Shown: piece by piece, positions 28,795 through 37,205 of the stretch
Position numbering within the stretch: position 1 is the first letter of the stretch
How the letters are laid out: the number at the start of each line of letters is the position of its first letter
Source: Alphaproteobacteria bacterium UBA1218
Lineage (GTDB): Bacteria > Pseudomonadota > Alphaproteobacteria > Rs-D84
Length of the DNA: 39,348 nt
Direction: 5' to 3'
NCBI GenBank assembly: GCA_002309215.1
Contig: DBXG01000018.1
Span: 1-39,348 of the forward strand
Notes under the pieces: generated by a model
Told to the model about the DNA's origin: nothing
The model's database searches: none
The model's input: only the letters and a program-made list of their open reading frames with translations
Position numbers and translations under genes: made by a program

Positions 28795-29400
28795 TTAACG
28801 ACGTATTTGTCCTTTAATATGTATACCTAGGTTTTTCCATTTTTGTATTTCTTCAGCCCTGGCAAGTATTTTCATTGTTTCTAAATATTTGTTTTGTGTT
28901 GCCAGCATCAACGGTGTTAATTTCTTATCATTCTGGTGATTAACGTTTGCACCAGCCCTGATGAGCGCTCTTGCTGTTTCCAATGCACCGTGTTTAGCAG
29001 CTATACACAAGGCGGTATCTCCATTTTGGGTTTCTGCATCGATATCGTTACCTTCTTTTTTGTATTTAGCAATATATGCTTGCATTTCTTGTTCTGTATT
29101 CAAGAAATGAAGATTACTATAAAGCTGTTCTGCTTTAAGTGAGTTATTGTATATCTCGGCAAATTTGTTGTATAACATTTCTAGCATATCTTGGTTTGCG
29201 TTTGAGATAAGTTTATTATATTCCGCCTCATAATAATGTGATCTGCAGTTTTTACTAATTGCAATCAAATGCTTGCGAATAGGTTCTTTAGTTGCGACAG
29301 TGTATTTGTCATCGAATTCATTATACATAACTATAACTTCTTTCAAGGTTTTACCTTGTAATGCTTGTTTCAAGAATTCTTGTGTCATTTCGTTTGACAT
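28795..29400 (-). CDS. Ankyrin repeat protein
   Basis: GDTALCIAAKHGALETARALIRAGANVN and KLTPLMLATQNKYLETMKIL ankyrin repeats; AGGA RBS. Confidence 0.9.
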   Translation of the reverse strand: MSNEMTQEFLKQALQGKTLKEVIVMYNEFDDKYTVATKEPIRKHLIAISKNCRSHYYEAEYNKLISNANQDMLEMLYNKFAEIYNNSLKAEQLYSNLHFLNTEQEMQAYIAKYKKEGNDIDAETQNGDTALCIAAKHGALETARALIRAGANVNHQNDKKLTPLMLATQNKYLETMKILARAEEIQKWKNLGIHIKGQIRR

Positions 29401-29454
29401 ATTTAGTCCTTTTTATTTGTGCAAATTGCACTTTTGTTGTTTTGATTACTAATC

Positions 29455-29482
29455 AATATAGACTAAAATAATCAAATGTCAA
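29455..29482 (-). promoter_or_regulatory. Probable sigma70 promoter of the ankyrin gene
   Basis: Minus strand TTGACA-16 bp-TATATT. Confidence 0.65.
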
Positions 29483-29496
29483 GTTTTTTGTTGGAA

Positions 29497-29532
29497 TATA
29501 AACAAAAGAAAATCCGCTGTATAGCGGATTTT
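29497..29532. repeat. 36-bp direct repeat, copy 2 (contains the terminator downstream of pgsA)
   Basis: Identical to 28757-28792, offset by 740 bp. Confidence 0.95.
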
Positions 29533-29549
29533 TTAATTGTTGTTGTCGT

Positions 29550-30149
29550 TTATTTTATTTTCTTTAATTTTTGTGCAAATGTAAATGTATATTGTGTTGC
29601 GCTCCATAAAGATGCCACCAACGCAAACCATAAACAGAATACACCAACCTGGGGCAATATGCTGATCAAATAAAATACTATGCGACTGTCTGTTGTTGGG
29701 GTTATAGATGAAAATACTGCAAAGAACAACAAAAATGCTGCGATAGCAATCATTTGAATCGTTGTTTTAATTTTGCCCATTGAAAAGCGTGCCTTTGGGA
29801 CCGGCATTTCGATTTTCTGGGTGCCCAAAAATTCACGTAATCCGCTGATATACAATTCACGTGCAATCATTATTATAATTGGAATCACAACTGTCCATGT
29901 TGGCGCAATCAATGCCAACATAATAAATGTATTGCATACCAACAATTTATCACCAATGTGATCCAAAACACCGCCCAATTTAGAACAGCAATTATGTTTG
30001 CGTGCCAGATATCCATCAAACCAATCTGATATTGCGCCCAAGACATATAATGCAAACGATATCCAATACCAACGCATCATAATTGTTGGTATAATCAAAA
30101 ATGCAACCATTATGCGAAATGATGATAAAAAGTTAACAAATGCTTTCAT
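29550..30149 (-). CDS. pgsA: CDP-diacylglycerol--glycerol-3-phosphate 3-phosphatidyltransferase
   Basis: SDWFDGYLAR...GGVLDHIGDK CDP-alcohol signature, RELYISGLRE, GKIKTTIQM; follows uvrC. Confidence 0.92.
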   Translation of the reverse strand: MKAFVNFLSSFRIMVAFLIIPTIMMRWYWISFALYVLGAISDWFDGYLARKHNCCSKLGGVLDHIGDKLLVCNTFIMLALIAPTWTVVIPIIIMIARELYISGLREFLGTQKIEMPVPKARFSMGKIKTTIQMIAIAAFLLFFAVFSSITPTTDSRIVFYLISILPQVGVFCLWFALVASLWSATQYTFTFAQKLKKIK

Positions 30150-30179
30150 ATTATTTTTCTCCTTTGGTAATGGTTATTA

Positions 30180-31607
30180 TTATAGCATATCGGAATGGAA
30201 ATAGGCATATATTTTTTCTGCTGCACTTTTCCCAAGCCCAGATACGCGCGATAAAGATTTCAGGTCTGCGTCCATAATTGCATGCACAGAACCAAAATGC
30301 TGTAATAATTGTTTTTTGCGTGTTGGGCCAATTCCTTCGATTTCATCCAGACAACTGGCTGTCAGTTGTTTTGCGCGAACAGAACGATGATATGTTATAA
30401 CAAATCTGTGTGCTTCATCACGAACTGTGCGCAACATTAAAAATAATTTGGAATCTTTTGCCAGTTCATGATTTTCAGAACCGTCTGGCATAATAAAATG
30501 TTCGTCACCATTACGGACAACACCTTTGGTCACACCCAATACAGGTATTTTTCCATTTGCGACTTTGTTTGCGATATCCCATTGTGCAGGGCCGCCATCA
30601 ACAATTATTAAATCAAGTTTTGGACCGTCCTGAATTGCACGACCAACAAATTCTTCCATCATTGCAATATCGTTTCCAGCACGTGCAGAATCACGTAATT
30701 TGAAATGACGATAAGATGATTTTATAAATCCATCATGACCAAAGGCTATCATCGCGCCAACAGAATTTTTACCAAATAAATGTGAATTATCAAAAACACC
30801 GACGCAATCCAGTTTTAATCCCAACCAATTTTCAAGTTCTTTGACATTACTGTCCCATTGTAAATTGGGTGTGTACAGCGTATTCTGTCGTATACCGCGA
30901 TTTGTAGTTGTGGTTAATGCTGTGATTTTATCACGCACGATTGCAGCATTTTCGTAATCCATTTTGTCTGAAAATATTTTCATTTGTTTGGTTAAGTCTG
31001 CAATTATAGGTTCGCTGTCCCCAGTTAAGATTCTGCGTGCCAGTTGAACATTTTTATCATAATCATGTTGTGGCAAACAGCAAGGTGCACTGCATCTGCC
31101 GATTTGATAAAGCAGACATGGACGTGCACGATTTTTCATAAATGTATCGGTGCAAGTTCGCAACTGGCAGACGCGTTGCAAAGTTTTTATTGTATCGTTC
31201 AATGCGTATACAGATGGATATGGACCATAAACATCTTTGCGTTGTGATATTTTACCACGAAATTTCAGCAACCTTGGGTATTCATGTTTGGTTAATGCCA
31301 GCATTGGATACATTTTTCCATCTGTCATCATGATATTGTATTTTGGTTTCAATGTTTTTATTAACTTTTGTTCCAAAATCAATGCGTCTGTTTCGGTTCT
31401 TGTTATTTCCCATTCTACTTTTCTGACCAAAGAGCGCATAATTTGCTTGTGCGTTTCAAGTTTAGAAACATCAATATATTGACGCAGACGATGCAGAATA
31501 TTTTTTGCCTTGCCGACATACAACAGGTTGCCGTCCCCATCGTACATTTTATAGATTCCTGGGGACATTGGCGCATTTTCAATTAAATCTCTGAATTGAA
31601 TTTTCAT
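30180..31607 (-). CDS. uvrC: Excinuclease ABC subunit C, internally shortened
   Basis: PGIYKM..LYVGKAKN, KPKYN, Cys cluster, YENAAIVRD, FDNSH, IVDGG, RDEAHRF, HhH motifs. Confidence 0.95.
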   Translation of the reverse strand: MKIQFRDLIENAPMSPGIYKMYDGDGNLLYVGKAKNILHRLRQYIDVSKLETHKQIMRSLVRKVEWEITRTETDALILEQKLIKTLKPKYNIMMTDGKMYPMLALTKHEYPRLLKFRGKISQRKDVYGPYPSVYALNDTIKTLQRVCQLRTCTDTFMKNRARPCLLYQIGRCSAPCCLPQHDYDKNVQLARRILTGDSEPIIADLTKQMKIFSDKMDYENAAIVRDKITALTTTTNRGIRQNTLYTPNLQWDSNVKELENWLGLKLDCVGVFDNSHLFGKNSVGAMIAFGHDGFIKSSYRHFKLRDSARAGNDIAMMEEFVGRAIQDGPKLDLIIVDGGPAQWDIANKVANGKIPVLGVTKGVVRNGDEHFIMPDGSENHELAKDSKLFLMLRTVRDEAHRFVITYHRSVRAKQLTASCLDEIEGIGPTRKKQLLQHFGSVHAIMDADLKSLSRVSGLGKSAAEKIYAYFHSDML

Positions 31608-31656
31608 AATAGATATGATACAATAGAAATTGTAAAAATCAAATAGAGGTGTGATA

Positions 31657-32118
31657 ATGAGACAAGAATCTGGACGTTCAATGATTGAAATGATTGGTGT
31701 GTTGGCTATAATGGCTATTATAACAGCGGGTGCTTTTGCACTGATTTCTACGGCGTTTCATACACAAAAACGTGCCCGTGTGACAGACGATGTTGCAAAT
31801 ATTGTGACAGGTGTACGCAGTTTATTGGGTGAATATGATGACTTTTCTAATATAGACAATTCCACTATTTTTGGTGCCATTGCGGTCAGTAATAAAAACC
31901 CGTATGGTGGGACATACGAATTGGCTGTCGATGCGTCAAATGCACGCAGATTTGTCGTAAGCATAAATGGCTTGTCCAAATCTGATTGTGAAGGTTTGGT
32001 TATGAAAGCATGGACTGATTCAATCGGATACGAAGAATCAAATCACAAAGAGAGTGGTGCAACAGGTAAGTGTGTGGACGGCAACAAAAATGTTGTGTCT
32101 ATTACATATGGCGAATAG
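31657..32118 (+). CDS. Type IV pilin-like protein (PilS-like globular domain)
   Basis: MRQESG|RSMIEMIGVLAIMAII class III signal with Glu at +5, NPYGG, GLSKSDC and a second Cys near the C-terminus. Confidence 0.82.
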   Translation: MRQESGRSMIEMIGVLAIMAIITAGAFALISTAFHTQKRARVTDDVANIVTGVRSLLGEYDDFSNIDNSTIFGAIAVSNKNPYGGTYELAVDASNARRFVVSINGLSKSDCEGLVMKAWTDSIGYEESNHKESGATGKCVDGNKNVVSITYGE

Positions 32119-32121
32119 TTT

Positions 32122-33087
32122 ATGGCAGAGTTTATAAAGATTTCCGAAGTTGAAGATGGAACACGTTTGTTGCGTTGGTTTTTAAGGCATTATCCTGGTA
32201 TGCCTCAGCGAGAGTTCTATAAACTTTGTCGTGGTGGGCAAATAAGAATCAATTCTTCGCGGTGCAAAGGTATGGAGATTTTAACCGCTGGTGACATGGT
32301 TCGTATTCCACCAACATTGCAATCTTTTCAGAAAGTTGCATCAAAGACTGAAACTGGTGAAAAGTATTCTTTGTCTGATTTGGAAAAATTAAGAAAATGT
32401 ATTATTCACAATGATTCTGATATTGTCGTGTTTAACAAGCCTGCTGGTTTGGCAGTGCAGGGTGGTACAGGAATAAAAAAGTCTATTGATAAAATGGTTG
32501 CAGCTTTGTTCCCATACGATAAAACTTCATTAGTTCATCGTTTAGACAGAGAAACTAGCGGTTTGTTGGTTGTCGCAAAAAATCAAAAGGCTGCCCAAGA
32601 ATTAGCCAAGCAATTTCAGAGCAAAGTTGCGCATAAAGAATATTTGGCTTTATTACAGGGAACCGTTGCAAACAAGTCTGGGGTGATTGATAATTATGTT
32701 ATCAAAGGACACGTGTTCACTGATTCTGCGTCTGCGCCAAAGGATTCACATCCACAACGCGCTATTACAGAATACAAAGTATTAGGTGAAGCCTCAGGCT
32801 TGTTGTCTTGGGTTTTGTTTTCACCAAAGACTGGTCGTACGCACCAATTAAGGTTGCATAGTGCGTATTCTTTGCATGCACCGATTGTTGGTGATGATTT
32901 GTATGGTATTACGCGGGGAAATCTGGGGGGGGCGCTGGGTGCTTTGTTGAAAACGCAAAAATTATTTTTATTTGCATACAAGATAACTTTCAGGCATCCT
33001 GGAACAGGAAAGATAATTACATTACAGGCTCAATTACCAGATTTTATGCAATCTGTGGTTAAGTTTCTGGAATTCAAAATGCCATAG
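32122..33087 (+). CDS. RluA family pseudouridine synthase (RluC-like, N-terminal S4 domain)
   Basis: NKPAGLAVQGG, LVHRLDRETSG, TGRTHQLR, PIVGDDLYG. Confidence 0.93.
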   Translation: MAEFIKISEVEDGTRLLRWFLRHYPGMPQREFYKLCRGGQIRINSSRCKGMEILTAGDMVRIPPTLQSFQKVASKTETGEKYSLSDLEKLRKCIIHNDSDIVVFNKPAGLAVQGGTGIKKSIDKMVAALFPYDKTSLVHRLDRETSGLLVVAKNQKAAQELAKQFQSKVAHKEYLALLQGTVANKSGVIDNYVIKGHVFTDSASAPKDSHPQRAITEYKVLGEASGLLSWVLFSPKTGRTHQLRLHSAYSLHAPIVGDDLYGITRGNLGGALGALLKTQKLFLFAYKITFRHPGTGKIITLQAQLPDFMQSVVKFLEFKMP

Positions 33088-35184
33088 GTGAAACAGAATA
33101 TGTTTTTGTACTTTTTTTATAAACGGTATCTTTGGTTGTTGCGTGCAATATTCCTGGGGTTGATGGGGCTTGGGGTTGCGTTTGGTATCGCTTTGTCCCA
33201 GGTCAATCTTGAAACTTTGCGTGGGAATATTCTATCTGTACTGCGTGACGCAACGAATATGCCTGTGGAAATTGATGGTAAAATATCTTGGAAGTTTTCT
33301 CTGCGTCCCCAGATAGAATTAAATAATGTGCGTATTCCAAATGCAGATTGGGCAAAGCAAAAAAATTTATTTTCAGCAAACAAAATAGATGTGCGTTTGG
33401 ATTTGATTTCTTTGTTCAGTTCTAAACCCGCACTTAGATATATTCGTGTGCATGATGCCAAGATAGCATTGGAAAAAAATGATACTGGCGAAGATTCTGT
33501 TGTGTATATTAAACCACAAACATCAGAGAATCAGCCGGATACAACGCAAAGCGGTATAAAAAAATATCCAGCAGATCCATTGCCGTTTGGCGGATTATCT
33601 GTACAAAATATATCTGCGAACATATATGGTGATAAATATGCGTTCAAAAGTTTTAGTATCAGAAATCATACAAATCGTTCTGACATAGAATATTCTGGGT
33701 GGATAAATCCAGGTAATATGAATGTGCCTTTTGTTGTCAAGTTTTCTGAATATAATGCTGAAAGAAAAATATATCCATTACAGATTGCGTTTTCAACAGG
33801 GGCGGAAGCTTTGATAGCTGATGTTGCATTAGAAGGGACCAGCAAGATGCCCATAGATTTTATTGTGCGTGGTGATATTTTAGATATCAGACAGACTGGC
33901 AAATGGTTTAATTTTGATATATTAAGTCTACCAAAACTGAAAGTAAATATTGTCGGTGGATTTGATCACAAAAAAGTGTCGTTCAGAAAATCGTCTGTCA
34001 CAGTTGGTGATTCTGTATTGAGTTTTTCTGGGTCATATGATTGGTCTAAAAATGTGCCTGTGATTGATGCCAAAGTTTCATCAAATTACATTGATATATA
34101 TAAATCTTTTCCAGAATGGTTTGGCGCAGGCCAGCAGTGGATACATCCAAAACGTGAATTAAATGTTTTTCATGATATGCCTTTGTTTGGAAAATATTTG
34201 TATGGTGTGAAAGCAAACGTTGAAATAAATCTGAAAAAGTTTATTCCATATCGTTCGTTGGCTTTGTCTGATTTTACTATCAAGGCAAATGTTGCAAATC
34301 ATAAATTGCGTGCAGATGCAAATCTGAAAATGGCATCCGGAGACATGCTGGTTGGGTTGGATGCTGATATAGACGAAAATGGGGTTTACACAGTAAAGGC
34401 TGCAGCAGATTGTGAACATTTGTATATTGGTGAGATTCTGAAACAGGTGCACATTTACAAGATTATTTCTGGATTACCTGTGAATATTGATTTTTATTTA
34501 CAGGCGCGTGGTGCAGATATGTCGCAGATAATGCAAACGGTGACAGGACCTGTGATGTTGTATTCTGTGGACAAGGGGTATGCACATGCTGATTTAGTTG
34601 AATATATGTATGGCGGTGATTTCTTGACCAGTTTGCGTCATAATGTGGAAGATTTATTTAGTGGCGATAAAAAACGCGATATGATTGAAATAGGTGGTGC
34701 GGTTGCTAATCTTAAATTGCGTGATGGTTTAATAGAAACTAAAAATGGGGTGGCAGTTGAAACACGTGTTGTAAATATGCGCTTGGTCGGTGCTTTGGAT
34801 TTAGGCAAAGAAGTAATTCAAATGTCTTTGGCGTCTGTACCTGTGCGTGGGCTGAAATTGTCTTTGTCGGGCAATTTGGTAAACGCTTTGCAGATTACGG
34901 GTAATCTGGCAGAACCTGATTTCAAGATTAGTGGTGGCGCATTGGTTGGCAAAGTTGGGTCTGCAGTTGGTTTGGGATTGTTGCTGGCGCCATTGACAGG
35001 TGGTTTAAGTATTGCAGGCGGTTTTGTTGCAGGATTATTGGCGGGCGATTTATTGGAAAATTGGTTGGCAGATGATCATCCATGTAAAACCGCAAAGAAG
35101 AAAGGTGCACCGTTGAAAAAAGACGATCCAGAATGGTTTAAGGTGTCTGTATTTGATTTAGTTAGCAAAATGTTGAACAGGTAA
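33088..35184 (+). CDS. AsmA family protein
   Basis: N-terminal TM helix, VEIDGKISWKFSLRP, IPNADW, C-terminal LQITGNLAEP and GLGLLLAPLTGG helix. Confidence 0.8.
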   Translation: MKQNMFLYFFYKRYLWLLRAIFLGLMGLGVAFGIALSQVNLETLRGNILSVLRDATNMPVEIDGKISWKFSLRPQIELNNVRIPNADWAKQKNLFSANKIDVRLDLISLFSSKPALRYIRVHDAKIALEKNDTGEDSVVYIKPQTSENQPDTTQSGIKKYPADPLPFGGLSVQNISANIYGDKYAFKSFSIRNHTNRSDIEYSGWINPGNMNVPFVVKFSEYNAERKIYPLQIAFSTGAEALIADVALEGTSKMPIDFIVRGDILDIRQTGKWFNFDILSLPKLKVNIVGGFDHKKVSFRKSSVTVGDSVLSFSGSYDWSKNVPVIDAKVSSNYIDIYKSFPEWFGAGQQWIHPKRELNVFHDMPLFGKYLYGVKANVEINLKKFIPYRSLALSDFTIKANVANHKLRADANLKMASGDMLVGLDADIDENGVYTVKAAADCEHLYIGEILKQVHIYKIISGLPVNIDFYLQARGADMSQIMQTVTGPVMLYSVDKGYAHADLVEYMYGGDFLTSLRHNVEDLFSGDKKRDMIEIGGAVANLKLRDGLIETKNGVAVETRVVNMRLVGALDLGKEVIQMSLASVPVRGLKLSLSGNLVNALQITGNLAEPDFKISGGALVGKVGSAVGLGLLLAPLTGGLSIAGGFVAGLLAGDLLENWLADDHPCKTAKKKGAPLKKDDPEWFKVSVFDLVSKMLNR

Positions 35185-35214
35185 AAAACACCGCCCGATT
35201 GGGCGATGTGTTTT
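35185..35214. terminator. Bidirectional terminator
   Basis: AAAACA-c-CGCCC-gatt-GGGCG-atg-TGTTTT between convergent genes. Confidence 0.7.
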
Positions 35215-35225
35215 ATCTATATTAT

Positions 35226-35774
35226 CTAGCGACTGTGTCTGTTAAAGGATTCAATAAGACGTTGAGCTCTTTCCTTATTTTGTTTAAGTTGTGCAATATG
35301 GCTTTTAGCATCCCTCTTAAATTGTTTGCGTTGTGCAATACGAGATTGTATTCTTCTATTCAGGTCAAGGCGTGTAACACGAATTTGAACATCTACATTG
35401 TTTTTGTTTGGTTGTATAACACGCATAATTTGTTTAAGTCGCATAACACGAATTTGACTACGTCTCAGCTTCAGCTTGGATTGTTCAATGCGGGATTGAA
35501 CATTTTCCCTCATTGTATCTATAAGTACGTAAGCGGTTATTCCCGGGATAAAAGCGGGAAGAGTCAATACAAAAAATGCCACGCTTCCTTGGTAACAATG
35601 TTTTATGATTGCTTCAGCCGCACCGGCTATACCACATCCAAGCCAAAATAAAGTAAATAAGATAAAAAATACCTGTGGAACGACTTCGTCTTCAATAAAC
35701 TTAACATATTTAGCTTTTTTAAGCATATCGCGTAATTGAGCTTTGGTAACTTGCATTTTGTTTTTGTTTGTCAT
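35226..35774 (-). CDS. Hypothetical two-TM protein with basic coiled-coil C-terminus (start at MTNKNK)
   Basis: Two hydrophobic segments, then an Arg/Lys/Gln-rich tail; promoter-like sequence upstream. Confidence 0.68.
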   Translation of the reverse strand: MTNKNKMQVTKAQLRDMLKKAKYVKFIEDEVVPQVFFILFTLFWLGCGIAGAAEAIIKHCYQGSVAFFVLTLPAFIPGITAYVLIDTMRENVQSRIEQSKLKLRRSQIRVMRLKQIMRVIQPNKNNVDVQIRVTRLDLNRRIQSRIAQRKQFKRDAKSHIAQLKQNKERAQRLIESFNRHSR

Positions 35775-35804
35775 TTTTCTTCTTTTTGTTACTTTGTTGG
35801 GTGT

Positions 35805-35832
35805 AGTATAATACAAAAAAACAAGACGTCAA
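35805..35832 (-). promoter_or_regulatory. Probable sigma70 promoter of the 35226-35774 gene
   Basis: Minus strand TTGACG-16 bp-TATACT. Confidence 0.6.
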
Positions 35833-35833
35833 G

Positions 35834-35852
35834 TTTTTTTTTGGGGGGGGGG
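35834..35852. repeat. T9-G10 homopolymer tract
   Basis: TTTTTTTTTGGGGGGGGGG in the divergent promoter region. Confidence 0.9.
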
Positions 35853-35890
35853 CAAAAACAGGATAATATAGTTGTAAACGTTATTTGCTC

Positions 35891-35920
35891 TTGCACCGAA
35901 TCGGTGTTTTTTGATAAACT
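35891..35920 (+). promoter_or_regulatory. Probable dnaN promoter with a palindromic GANTC site
   Basis: TTGCAC-18 bp-TAAACT with extended TG; CACCGA-A-TCGGTG inverted repeat at 35894-35906. Confidence 0.6.
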
Positions 35921-35965
35921 GCCATTGAATAATAAGAAAGATAAAAAAAGAACAGGAGAAATATT

Positions 35966-37078
35966 ATGGAATTTTCAGTGTTTCGTCAGGTTTTAATTCG
36001 TGCGCTGGGGCACATGCAGTCTATTGTTGAAAAGCGTGCAACTTTGCCGATTTTGATGAATGTAAAGATAGAGGTTTCAGACGATTTAATTTTGTCTGCA
36101 ACAAATGTTGATTTGGAATTGGTCGAACATGTGGCTGCCGATATTACTTTGTCTGGTAAAACAACTGTGCCAGTTCAGATGTTGTATGACATTGTTCGTA
36201 AATTGCCTGATGATGCAGAAATCAGTTTCAAGCAATCTGGTGATCAATTGGTCGTGTCCAGCGGTCGTGCTGTTTTCCATTTGCCAACTTTGCCGGCAGA
36301 AAACTTCCCAGCAATGGCAGGTGGCAATTTAAGTACTAAATTCCAAATGACAACTGGTGATTTGGCACATTTGATAAACCAGACCAAGTTTGCAATTCCA
36401 ACAGATGATGTTCGTTATCATTTGGGGGGTATATATTTCCATATATCCGAAGATACTGGTAAATTGACTGCTGTTGCAACTGATGCCCAGCGTATGGCTT
36501 TGTGTGCTATGAAAGCGCCAAGTGGTAGCAATGGTATGCCATCTGTGATTTTGCCAAGACGTGTTATTGGTGAATTATCTAAATTGTTGGAAGACGCAAC
36601 AGTAGATGATGTTATGATTGAATTATCTGATACCAAGGCACGTTTTACAATTGGTTCTGCTATATTGACCAGCAAATTGGTTGATGCCCAATATCCAAAT
36701 TATCGCGTTGTTATTCCAAAGGGCAACGATAAGATTGCGATTTTGGACAGAAAGCAATTTATAAACGCTGTGGATTTGGTTTCTGTGGCCAGTGTGGACA
36801 AGACTAAATCTGTTCAGTTGTCATTTTCTATGAATAAATTGGTTATAAATGCGTCCAGTCCTGATGCTGGAACCGCAACCCAGGAATTAGATATAGAATA
36901 TAATGGTGATGCGACATTTACTATCAATTTCAATGTGAAATTCTTGTTAGATGTTGCAGGTCAGGTCGAAGGGGATAAGTTCCAGATGGAAATGCAGGAA
37001 TCTTTGTCGCCAACCATTATCAAATCTACTGATAAAAACACAGACGCTTTGTTTGTATTGATGCCAATGCGGATGTAA
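35966..37078 (+). CDS. dnaN: DNA polymerase III beta sliding clamp
   Basis: TLPILMNV, LSATNVDL, DIVRKLP, VATDAQRM, SKLVDAQYPNY, VLMPMR; AGGAG RBS. Confidence 0.97.
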   Translation: MEFSVFRQVLIRALGHMQSIVEKRATLPILMNVKIEVSDDLILSATNVDLELVEHVAADITLSGKTTVPVQMLYDIVRKLPDDAEISFKQSGDQLVVSSGRAVFHLPTLPAENFPAMAGGNLSTKFQMTTGDLAHLINQTKFAIPTDDVRYHLGGIYFHISEDTGKLTAVATDAQRMALCAMKAPSGSNGMPSVILPRRVIGELSKLLEDATVDDVMIELSDTKARFTIGSAILTSKLVDAQYPNYRVVIPKGNDKIAILDRKQFINAVDLVSVASVDKTKSVQLSFSMNKLVINASSPDAGTATQELDIEYNGDATFTINFNVKFLLDVAGQVEGDKFQMEMQESLSPTIIKSTDKNTDALFVLMPMRM

Positions 37079-37094
37079 TTTTTAGATTGAAAAT

Positions 37095-37122
37095 AAAAAA
37101 CCGTCAAAACGACGGTTTTTTT
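37095..37122 (+). terminator. Intrinsic terminator after dnaN
   Basis: A6-CCGTC-aaaac-GACGG-T7. Confidence 0.85.
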
Positions 37123-37205
37123 ATGCTTGGTGGTTGAAAATAATTTTTTTTGGTGCTATTTTATAAGACGTTAAATGTGAAACATCAAAAACAAAGGGTA
37201 AAAAT

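Noticed and set aside
29476-29673. 65-aa plus-strand ORF across the second direct repeat
   Set aside because: Reads through a terminator and antisense into pgsA; no RBS
32925-32932. G8 run in the RluA-family gene as a phase-variation site
   Set aside because: Short, in frame (Leu-Gly-Gly-Ala) and in a housekeeping gene; no sign of slippage
35199-35651. 150-aa plus-strand ORF
   Set aside because: Starts inside a terminator; the minus-strand ORF has the promoter and coherent TM/coiled-coil structure
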